From: Flagellimonas oceanensis
GTDB taxonomy: Bacteria > Bacteroidota > Bacteroidia > Flavobacteriales > Flavobacteriaceae
Length of the DNA stretch: 10,013 nucleotides
Reading direction: 5' to 3'
Assembly: GCF_003992595.1 (NCBI RefSeq)
Contig: NZ_RZNA01000047.1
Location: forward strand, 189,857-199,869
The notes under the pieces were generated by a model. That model had not been told where the DNA came from. It made no database searches and saw only the letters and a program-made list of their open reading frames with translations. Shown in pieces: positions 1-6,026 of the stretch; position 1 is the first letter of the stretch, and each line of letters starts with the position of its first letter. Both the position numbers and the translations under genes were made by a program.

Positions 1-126
1 TGCCACATCTAGGTTTATGGTTGCGGCGTTCACTGCATCTGCGGCTATGTCTGTTGATTCCACAGCACCGGTTGCGATTTTATCGGTCGTTACCGCATCG
101 GCGGCAAGTTCACTGCTTCCCACAGC
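1..126 (-). repeat. Coding decapeptide (30-nt) periodicity, second block; continues beyond the window edge
   Basis: Residues 351-392 read VGSSELAADA / VTTDKIATGA / VESTDIAADA / VNAATINLDV. At DNA level, 31..90 and 91..150 align at a 60-nt offset with about 36 of 60 identical positions by hand, including the exact 9-mer cacagcacc at 61..69 and 121..129. Confidence 0.75.
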
Positions 127-1176
127 ACCTGCCGCTATCTCGATTGTCACATCGTTGAAAGCCGAGTTGGCCCCGCCTGTCACGTCCAATCCCGTTGATA
201 TTATGTCCCCGTCCCCTGTGAGGGATGCAACGTCGACATCAAGTGCCCCACTGGCGTTCTGTACAAGTCCGTCACCTGCAATGTTGCTGTTTATTTCGTC
301 GACACCAACGCTGTCATCAATAATCTCATCGGTTCCCACCGAGTTGTCGGCCATCTTTGCATTGGTCACGGCATCATCCGCAATATCTTCCTCAAGAATG
401 GTTTGGTTCAATATTTCATCGGTAGTCACTGCATCCGTAGCAATCTCATAATCTGTGATTCCACCTTCGGAAACATCCAACGTATAGGGGTCGCCTATAA
501 CACCATTTCCAAAACGTTCCAATGTAGTATCAGACGGTCCTACCACCTCATTCCCCACAATACTGTCCAGCTGTGTGTTCAGAAGATCGGAGCGGTTCAC
601 GTAGTTCCATGCACTGCCGGTATACATAAAAAGGTCGCCGGCATTGTTGGCACCTTCAAGATTATCCAGCGCAACGGCTTCATCCGCCAATTTACGATTG
701 GTGACCGATTCATCTTGGAGTTTGGAATCCCCATTTATGGTGGTGTTGACGATATTGGCTCCTCTAATAAGTCCTACCTCATAATTGTAATTGATACTGC
801 CGTCGGCATTCACGGTTTGTGAAATCACAACGGTGCTGTCTTTTGATTGTGCTGGATTGATGGTACTGAAATAATCCGGCCGGGTACTTACCGTGAACGA
901 ATTGTCCAGCTCTTCGCAGATATTGATCCATTCCGTACCGTCGTAGTAATGCAAACATTCTTGATCCGTATTGTACACCAAAGCACCCTGCAGCGGGTTG
1001 ATGCTGCCCATTTGGGCGTCCGTTACCCGGGTAATGACCAAAACGCGATTGTTGCTTTGCAATTCCAATAGGGAGGCTGGGTCCAGATTCTGCGGGTTAT
1101 CGCCGATTTTAACCTGTGCGTTCAGCGAGTTGATCACAAGTAGGCCCATGATCAAGTAGAGTATTGAAGTTTTCAC
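1..1176 (-). CDS. Exported repeat-rich fibre/adhesin-like protein; first 392 codons only, the 3' end runs off the left edge of the window
   Basis: The minus-strand frame is open from 1218 down to position 1. It is absent from the supplied track because it has no stop inside the window. GTG at 1176 gives VKTSILYLIMGLLVINSLNA|QVK, a typical Sec signal peptide. ATG at 1149 would leave too short a hydrophobic core, and TTG at 1203 is a possible but less attractive start. The product has a compact N-terminal module (IGDNPQNLDPASLLELQSNNRVLVITRVTDAQMGSINPLQGALVYNTDQECLHYYDGTEWINIC) followed by decapeptide repeats of the form V-T-x-D/A-E/K-I/L-A-x-D/G-A. The four plus-strand track ORFs over 17..1159 are Ala/Ser/Thr/Val-rich antisense shadows of this gene. 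Confidence 0.85.
   Translation of the reverse strand, partial: MKTSILYLIMGLLVINSLNAQVKIGDNPQNLDPASLLELQSNNRVLVITRVTDAQMGSINPLQGALVYNTDQECLHYYDGTEWINICEELDNSFTVSTRPDYFSTINPAQSKDSTVVISQTVNADGSINYNYEVGLIRGANIVNTTINGDSKLQDESVTNRKLADEAVALDNLEGANNAGDLFMYTGSAWNYVNRSDLLNTQLDSIVGNEVVGPSDTTLERFGNGVIGDPYTLDVSEGGITDYEIATDAVTTDEILNQTILEEDIADDAVTNAKMADNSVGTDEIIDDSVGVDEINSNIAGDGLVQNASGALDVDVASLTGDGDIISTGLDVTGGANSAFNDVTIEIAAGAVGSSELAADAVTTDKIATGAVESTDIAADAVNAATINLDVA
280..459 (-). repeat. Coding decapeptide (30-nt) periodicity, first block of six consecutive units
   Basis: Residues 240-299 read ITDYEIATDA / VTTDEILNQT / ILEEDIADDA / VTNAKMADNS / VGTDEIIDDS / VGVDEINSNI. Weaker units of the same type occur at residues about 147-176 (SVTNRKLADE / AVALDNLEGA). 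Confidence 0.7.
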
Positions 1177-1200
1177 GGTGTTCAGTATTTGAGGATTTTC

Positions 1201-1208
1201 CAAACGTA
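1201..1208 (-). promoter_or_regulatory. Candidate Bacteroidota -7 promoter box (TAcgTTTG on the minus strand) for the fibre-like gene
   Basis: Plus-strand caaacgta is TACGTTTG on the minus strand and matches the TAnnTTTG consensus. It lies 24 nt upstream of the GTG at 1176. This is a motif match only. Confidence 0.35.
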
Positions 1209-1293
1209 AAAAGCAAAGCTAAACTTAAGTTTGAAAATTCATAAGAAATACCGTCAAAACACGCAATTCACGGGTGAATGGAATTCGCTTTGG

Positions 1294-1301
1294 TATATTT
1301 G
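1294..1301 (+). promoter_or_regulatory. Candidate Bacteroidota -7 promoter box (TAtaTTTG) for the 1390..5946 gene string
   Basis: tatatttg at 1294..1301 is an exact TAnnTTTG match 88 nt upstream of ATG 1390. A second exact match (taagtttg) lies at 1226..1233. I cannot tell from sequence which one, if either, is used. Confidence 0.35.
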
Positions 1302-1389
1302 TAGAAGTAGAATTAACAAAAGTTTAGAACGGCTTAATTTTTTATCCCGTCTCCAAGAGTTTTCTTTAACTTGTAATAAAAACACAGAA

Positions 1390-2130
1390 ATGAAAAATGC
1401 TTTTTTGATATTGTTCTCTTTATTGGTATCGGGCTGGTCCCTGGCACAGGATTCGCGCCAGATGCTACGGGGAAAGGTGCTTTACCGAAATTCGAATGTT
1501 CCCAATGAGAACGTTATCAATTCCACTAGCGGCCAAGCTACCATAACCGACGATAACGGGGAATTCATGATAGCAGTGAAGGAAGGTGATCAATTGGTGT
1601 TTACCGCGATCAACTACCAACTGGAGGTCATTACCGTTTCCTCGGAAATATTGGCCAACAACCGTTTGGTGGTGGAGGTTAATGAAAAAGTGCAGGAACT
1701 GGATGAGGTAGTGGTGACCCCCGAAAACCAAGAGCGGTTCCTCGAAGTGAAGAATGAGGATTTCAAGCAGTTCGATTACGCCATAGATAGAGGTACCGAA
1801 GTGGAGAATGTGGCCAATTCCCAGATTACCCGGGGCATGAAGAATGGAGTCAACTTTGTGAATATTTTCAAGGCATTGTTCAAATCGCAAGAAGTCAATG
1901 GGCAACAACGGGCCCCGTTAAAAGTGAGCGAAGTGCTCCGACATGTGTACGACGATGAGTTTTTTGTGGTGGATCTACGATTGCCGCAGGACAAAATAGA
2001 CGCTTTTCTATTGTACTGCGATGACAAAATACCTTCCCAGACCTTGTTGAGAAAGGAAAACGAATTTCAGTTGATTGATTTTCTGGTGACACAGAGCAAG
2101 GAGTATTTGGCAACTTTGGATGAGGAATGA
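1390..2130 (+). CDS. Exported carboxypeptidase-regulatory-like (CarboxypepD_reg-type) domain protein, paralog A; C-terminal domain of unknown function
   Basis: ATG 1390 is in frame with track ORF 1231..2130 and gives the signal peptide MKNAFLILFSLLVSGWSLA|QDS. The segment LRGKVLYRNSNVPNENVINSTSGQATITDDNGEFMIAVKEGDQLVFTAINYQ has the G-x-V...G-A/x-V...T-D-x-x-G-x-F...L-x-F/S pattern of the CarboxypepD_reg beta-sandwich. It is followed by ELDEVVVT, which resembles the linker before the plug in SusC-type TonB-dependent transporters. About 130 C-terminal residues are unrecognised. The leader is A-rich (aaaaacacagaa) with no Shine-Dalgarno tract, as expected for Bacteroidota. Confidence 0.85.
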   Translation: MKNAFLILFSLLVSGWSLAQDSRQMLRGKVLYRNSNVPNENVINSTSGQATITDDNGEFMIAVKEGDQLVFTAINYQLEVITVSSEILANNRLVVEVNEKVQELDEVVVTPENQERFLEVKNEDFKQFDYAIDRGTEVENVANSQITRGMKNGVNFVNIFKALFKSQEVNGQQRAPLKVSEVLRHVYDDEFFVVDLRLPQDKIDAFLLYCDDKIPSQTLLRKENEFQLIDFLVTQSKEYLATLDEE

Positions 2131-2936
2131 GAAAATGCCTGTTCGCACTGGTTGTTTTTGCCACCCAATGGACTTTTGCCCAAGAGGGCGAAAGCAAACT
2201 ATTGCAAGGTAGGGTAAGCAGCACGGATAAGGACGTTGTAGGGGTCGTGGTCCAGAATACGACCACAAGGGATGCCGTGATTACCGATTTGGAAGGCAAT
2301 TTTTCGATACGGGTTCGAGTAAAGGACACCTTGGTGTTTTCCGCAGTGCATTTTTTGAGGAAATCCCTCCCCGTTACCCAGGCACTGTACCGATCCAACT
2401 TTGTGGAAGTGCCCATGCAGGAATTTGTGAATCAGCTACGGGAAGTTGTTGTGAGTCCCTATAATTTAACGGGTGACCTTACCAGGGATATAGATCGTGT
2501 GACTTTGGAAAAAGATGTGAGCGCAGAGGCATTGAACCTGCCCAATGCCCATCAGCGTATCCCAACGCAAAGCGAGCGAAAGTTGCAAGAAGCCTCATCC
2601 ATGAGCGTTACGGCCGGGGGAGGTTTGGGCGGAGCAGGTGGAGGAATGAGCCTCAATCCCATCATCAATGCCATTACAGGACGTACCAAAATGTTGAAAA
2701 AAAGGGTGGAGGTCGACAAAACGTATGCCCAAACCCGGCAGATACAGGGTTTTTACACCGATTCGCTGTTCGTGTCCACACTTAAAATACCCATGCAGAA
2801 AATAGATGACTTTATGTATTTCTGTGAAGTGGACGAAGCTTTTCAGGCTGCAGTGGAATCGCAGGATAAGCTTAGGATATGGGATATCATGCTTCAAAAA
2901 AGCAGGGCTTATCGGGAAAACAACGATTTGGATTGA
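2127..2936 (+). CDS. Exported carboxypeptidase-regulatory-like domain protein, paralog B; C-terminal domain of unknown function
   Basis: Track ORF of 269 aa. The start ATG overlaps the stop of paralog A (ATGA at 2127..2130). The signal peptide is MRKCLFALVVFATQWTFA|QEG. It aligns with paralog A along its length: LQGRVSS..VVQNTTTRDAVITDLEGNFSIRVRVKDTLVFSAVHF versus LRGKVLY..VINSTSGQATITDDNGEFMIAVKEGDQLVFTAINY; QLREVVVSP versus ELDEVVVTP; LFVSTLKIPMQKIDDFMYFCEVD versus FFVVDLRLPQDKIDAFLLYCDDK. Confidence 0.85.
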   Translation: MRKCLFALVVFATQWTFAQEGESKLLQGRVSSTDKDVVGVVVQNTTTRDAVITDLEGNFSIRVRVKDTLVFSAVHFLRKSLPVTQALYRSNFVEVPMQEFVNQLREVVVSPYNLTGDLTRDIDRVTLEKDVSAEALNLPNAHQRIPTQSERKLQEASSMSVTAGGGLGGAGGGMSLNPIINAITGRTKMLKKRVEVDKTYAQTRQIQGFYTDSLFVSTLKIPMQKIDDFMYFCEVDEAFQAAVESQDKLRIWDIMLQKSRAYRENNDLD

Positions 2937-3048
2937 TTTTTTAGGAGTTAGAGTGGCTGTGTCTAAAAAACCAAAATAGTTTGGCAGGTAAATTGCAGAA
3001 GGTTTCTTAAAACTGTAACATTGTCGCACAATTAAAGTCTATTTCTAC

Positions 3049-3567
3049 ATGATGAAGCTAAAAAGAGTCAAACTACTGGTCTTGCCTTTGGCAATGCTGT
3101 TGTTTTTGTCGTTCTCATCCGCCCATAAATTCTACCTTAGCGTTACCAATATCGTATACTCCGAAGACGATAGTGCATTCCAGATAACCAGCCGTATTTT
3201 TATAGATGACCTTGATAGGCTCCTCAATGAGCGCTATGGTGTCGAAGCCAACCTGGCCACCCCGAAGGAGTCCAAAATTGCCGATGAGTATATCGGGAAA
3301 TATTTCAGGTCAAAATTTGTGGTCGAACTTGATGGGGAGATAGTGCCCTATACCTTTTTGGGAAAACGCTACGATAAGGACGTGGTCATTTGTTATCTTG
3401 AAATCCCCAACGTTGAATTGTCCGAAGTAAAAAGCATGTCCGTCCAGAACGAGGTGCTCATGGATTTGTTCGATGAACAGAAGAATGTGGTGCATGTAAA
3501 ATGGGAGGATAACAAAAGGAGTTTTGTCCTCATTCGGGAGAATAATAAAGGAATGTTAAATTTGTGA
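3049..3567 (+). CDS. Small exported protein of unknown function (resembles the Bacteroidota family I recall as DUF6702; name not verifiable here)
   Basis: Track ORF of 172 aa. The signal peptide is MMKLKRVKLLVLPLAMLLFLSFSSA|HKFY. There is no recognisable catalytic motif. The mature part contains only two histidines, H26 (3124..3126) and H149 (3493..3495). It lies 60 nt upstream of, and co-directional with, the M1 peptidase. Confidence 0.8.
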   Translation: MMKLKRVKLLVLPLAMLLFLSFSSAHKFYLSVTNIVYSEDDSAFQITSRIFIDDLDRLLNERYGVEANLATPKESKIADEYIGKYFRSKFVVELDGEIVPYTFLGKRYDKDVVICYLEIPNVELSEVKSMSVQNEVLMDLFDEQKNVVHVKWEDNKRSFVLIRENNKGMLNL

Positions 3568-3627
3568 CGTATTCTTAACAATTGGTTAAAATGTGTTACA
3601 TTTCAAAGCTATAAAACCAGATAGAAA

Positions 3628-5946
3628 ATGAACAGATTCAAGTATTGCTTAGCTTCTGTATTGTTCCTTTTTGGAGCCGTTGTCATGGCGCAAGAAGAGG
3701 GCGATGTAAAAGAAGAACGTGAGCCTGGTCACTACAACCAGAGTAAATTCAAACAACTCTACGAAGAGTTTTCCACCCCCAACACATACCGGTCCGCTTC
3801 CGGAGCACCCGGTCCAGATTATTATCAGCAACAGGCGGACTATGTAATGGACATTCACCTGGATGATAAAAATGCAAAAATCAATGGTGAGGAAACCATT
3901 ACTTACCATAACAATTCACCGGATGATCTAGAGTTCCTTTGGATACAATTGGATCAAAATGTCCGAGCCAAGGATTCCAAGTCGCCACTTCGCAATGGAA
4001 GCGGTGTGAATATCGCTTATACAGCCGGTAATTTTGCCGAGTCTTACATGACAGAGCCGTTTGATGGTGGTTTCAACATTGAATCGGTTAAGGATGATAG
4101 CGGAAAACCATTGTCCTACACCATCAATCAAACCATGATGCGTGTCAATATCCCAGAAGCATTGAAAAGTGGAGAGAAAATCTCTTTCTCGATCAAGTGG
4201 TGGTACAACATTCCTGATCATACCGTCAACAGAGCGCGTTCTGGATTTGAATATTTCCCTGAAGATGGGAACCGTGCCTATGTAATTGCACAGTTCTTCC
4301 CAAGAATGGCCGTCTACAGCGATGTGGAAGGATGGCAAAACCATCAGTTCTGGGGAAGTGGTGAGTTCGCATTGCCATTTGGTAACTACGATGTGAGCAT
4401 TACCGTTCCTGCGGATCACGTATTGGATGCAACAGGCGAACTTCAGAACCGTGATGACGTATTCTCCAAAGATATGATGAAACGTTACAAGCAGGCTAAG
4501 AAGTCGTATGACAAGCCAGTGATCATTGTAACACAAGAAGAAGCGGAAGCTGCTGAAAAAGGTTTCTCTACGGATACCAAAACTTGGAAGTTCAAGGCGA
4601 CCAACGTTAGGGATTATGCATTCGCTACCTCCAGAAAGTTCATCTGGGACATGCAAGCCGTGAAAATCGGAAGCAAAGACGTTATGGCGGTATCACTATA
4701 TCCCAAAGAGGGTAACCCACTTTGGGAAGAGCAGTCCACCAAAGCCGTGGCGCAGACCTTGGAAACATACTCAAGACATACATTTGATTACCCATACCAC
4801 AAGGCCATTTCCGTTCACGCGAAGAACCAAGGTATGGAGTATCCAATGATTTGCTGGAACTACGGTCGTCCTAACGAGGATGGTACTTACTCCGATAGAG
4901 TGAAGTACGGAATGATCAGTGTGATCATCCACGAAGTAGGTCACAACTTCTTCCCAATGATCGTGAACTCCGATGAGCGTCAGTGGGGATGGATGGACGA
5001 AGGGATCAATACTTTTGTTCAATATTTGGCAGAGCAGGACTTCGGGAAAAACTACCCAGAGGTGATCGCTCCAAATGAGAGTTACCCATCCAGAAGAGGG
5101 GCGCCTTCACAAATAGTTCCATACATGGGAGGAGATCAAAGTTATATTTCCCCTATCATGTCAAACCCTGAAAACGTGTACCAGCTAGGGCCAAACGCTT
5201 ATGCAAAACCAGCAACAGCCCTAAACATTCTAAGGGAAACGGTAATGGGCGAGGAATTGTTCGATCATGCGTTCCAAACCTATGCACAACGTTGGATGTT
5301 CAAGCACCCAACCCCAGAGGATTTCTTCCGTACCATGGAAGATGCATCTGCAGTGGATTTGGACTGGTTCTGGAGAAGTTGGTTCTATACTACCGATTAT
5401 GTGGATATAGGTGTTTCCGGTGTTAAGAAATACTATGTATCCAACAAGCCCACCAAGCAAATGGAAAAATACATGGCCGATAGGAACCTTACAGAGGATG
5501 ATCTTCCACCATTGGTGTATTTGGCAGAAGAAGAAAGCGAGGACTTTTCACCTGAGTTGAAAGGGAAAGCACCAACCGAGACCTCCCAAAACCTTAAGGA
5601 GTTTATGATGGACAATATGACCGAAGCTGAAAGAGCCCAGGTTAAAGAGCCCAAGTATTTCTATGAAATCACTTTTGATAAACCGGGAGGCATCCCAATG
5701 CCATTGATTGTGGAGTACACCTACGCAGATGGTACCACCGAGAGCGTTACCTACCCTCCTGAAATTTGGAGAAAGAATGACGCTGAGGTAAAAAGAGTGA
5801 TGGCTACCGAGAAGGAATTGGTTGGAATCGTGGTAGATCCAAAAATGGAAACTGCCGATGTTGATACCACCAACAACTCTTGGCCCAAGAAAGAAGAGAA
5901 GTCAGACTTTGATAAGTTCAAGGAAAATGTCAAAGGAGACCAATAA
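3628..5946 (+). CDS. Exported M1-family zinc metallopeptidase (gluzincin, HEXXH-X18-E)
   Basis: Track ORF of 772 aa. The signal peptide is MNRFKYCLASVLFLFGAVVMA|QEE. HEVGH lies at 4930..4944, with the third zinc ligand Glu exactly 18 residues after the second His (WMDEG, GAA at 4999..5001). An upstream GMEYP motif at 4831..4845 sits where M1 enzymes carry GxMEN. The candidate transition-state Tyr is in NAYAKPATALNIL (TAT at 5200..5202). Confidence 0.95.
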   Translation: MNRFKYCLASVLFLFGAVVMAQEEGDVKEEREPGHYNQSKFKQLYEEFSTPNTYRSASGAPGPDYYQQQADYVMDIHLDDKNAKINGEETITYHNNSPDDLEFLWIQLDQNVRAKDSKSPLRNGSGVNIAYTAGNFAESYMTEPFDGGFNIESVKDDSGKPLSYTINQTMMRVNIPEALKSGEKISFSIKWWYNIPDHTVNRARSGFEYFPEDGNRAYVIAQFFPRMAVYSDVEGWQNHQFWGSGEFALPFGNYDVSITVPADHVLDATGELQNRDDVFSKDMMKRYKQAKKSYDKPVIIVTQEEAEAAEKGFSTDTKTWKFKATNVRDYAFATSRKFIWDMQAVKIGSKDVMAVSLYPKEGNPLWEEQSTKAVAQTLETYSRHTFDYPYHKAISVHAKNQGMEYPMICWNYGRPNEDGTYSDRVKYGMISVIIHEVGHNFFPMIVNSDERQWGWMDEGINTFVQYLAEQDFGKNYPEVIAPNESYPSRRGAPSQIVPYMGGDQSYISPIMSNPENVYQLGPNAYAKPATALNILRETVMGEELFDHAFQTYAQRWMFKHPTPEDFFRTMEDASAVDLDWFWRSWFYTTDYVDIGVSGVKKYYVSNKPTKQMEKYMADRNLTEDDLPPLVYLAEEESEDFSPELKGKAPTETSQNLKEFMMDNMTEAERAQVKEPKYFYEITFDKPGGIPMPLIVEYTYADGTTESVTYPPEIWRKNDAEVKRVMATEKELVGIVVDPKMETADVDTTNNSWPKKEEKSDFDKFKENVKGDQ

Positions 5947-5965
5947 AAGAAAAAACTATGTTAAG

Positions 5966-5998
5966 AGCCTCGTGATTTCACGGGGCTTTTTTTATTTT
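5966..5998 (+). terminator. Rho-independent terminator after the M1 peptidase gene
   Basis: A 9-bp stem pairs AGCCTCGTG (5966..5974) with CACGGGGCT (5979..5987), including one G-T wobble, around the loop ATTT. It is followed by TTTTTTATTTT and begins 20 nt after the stop codon. It is the only convincing intrinsic terminator I can find in the window. Confidence 0.8.
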
Positions 5999-6014
5999 GA
6001 ACCTAAGTTCTGAT

Positions 6015-6022
6015 TATATTTG
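6015..6022 (+). promoter_or_regulatory. Candidate -7 box (TAtaTTTG) for tatA, with a possible -33 TTTG at 5996..5999
   Basis: tatatttg is an exact TAnnTTTG match that ends 4 nt before the tatA ATG at 6027. A TTTG lies 15 nt upstream of the box, inside the terminator T-tract. Confidence 0.4.
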
Positions 6023-6026
6023 TGGC

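Noticed and set aside
17-1159. Four plus-strand track ORFs (17..451, 403..822, 847..1071, 971..1159), the first a 144-aa Ala/Ser/Thr/Val-rich low-complexity protein
   Set aside because: They lie antisense to a continuous 392-codon minus-strand frame that has a proper signal peptide and coherent repeats. Their composition is what the reverse complement of Asp/Ala/Val/Thr-rich repeat codons would produce. There are no start-context or motif features.
1231-1389. TTG-initiated 53-codon N-terminal extension of the 1231..2130 ORF
   Set aside because: The extension (MKIHKKYRQNTQF...) has no signal-peptide or domain character and covers the promoter-like boxes. The internal ATG at 1390 gives a textbook signal peptide with an A|Q cleavage site that matches the paralog downstream.
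2937-2970. Inverted repeat TTTTTTAG ... CTAAAAAA (8-bp arms, 18-nt loop) just after paralog B, as a possible terminator
   Set aside because: It is all A-T apart from one pair, has a large loop and has no following T-tract beyond the arm itself. It is too weak to call, so I treat the four genes as possibly co-transcribed.
2967-2979. Exact 13-mer AAAACCAAAATAG shared by two intergenic regions (2967..2979 and 8061..8073), with a related AAACCAAAA at 7539..7547
   Set aside because: A single shared 13-mer within 10 kb of AT-biased sequence is about what chance predicts. The positions relative to the start codons differ (70 nt versus 1 nt between the motif and the ATG). It probably reflects the A-rich leaders typical of Bacteroidota.
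1465-3029. Minus-strand track ORFs 1465..1908, 1776..2027, 1895..2416, 2008..2268 and 2595..3029
   Set aside because: All are antisense to the two paralogous plus-strand genes. One spans the gene junction. Their translations are Cys/His/Arg-rich with no motifs. They are best explained as shadow ORFs.
3589-3603. Small hairpin or palindrome AAATGT-gtt-ACATTT, and the nearby TTAAC-aattg-GTTAA (3575..3589), upstream of the M1 peptidase
   Set aside because: The arms are short (5-6 bp) and AT-rich, which is expected by chance in AT-rich intergenic DNA. I note them only as a possible operator or internal-promoter context.
3928-4656. 242-aa minus-strand ORF inside the M1 peptidase gene (also 3649..3909, 4771..5022, 5230..5460, 5433..5654 and 5751..5933)
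   Set aside because: They are fully antisense to a gene with unambiguous catalytic motifs. I see no recognisable domain, signal or promoter box. Long antisense ORFs are common opposite real genes at this GC content.
5997-6026. TTG start at 5997 for tatA as given in the ORF track
   Set aside because: It would begin translation inside the terminator T-tract and add 10 residues (MNLSSDYICG) before the TM helix. ATG 6027 gives the canonical TatA N-terminus.
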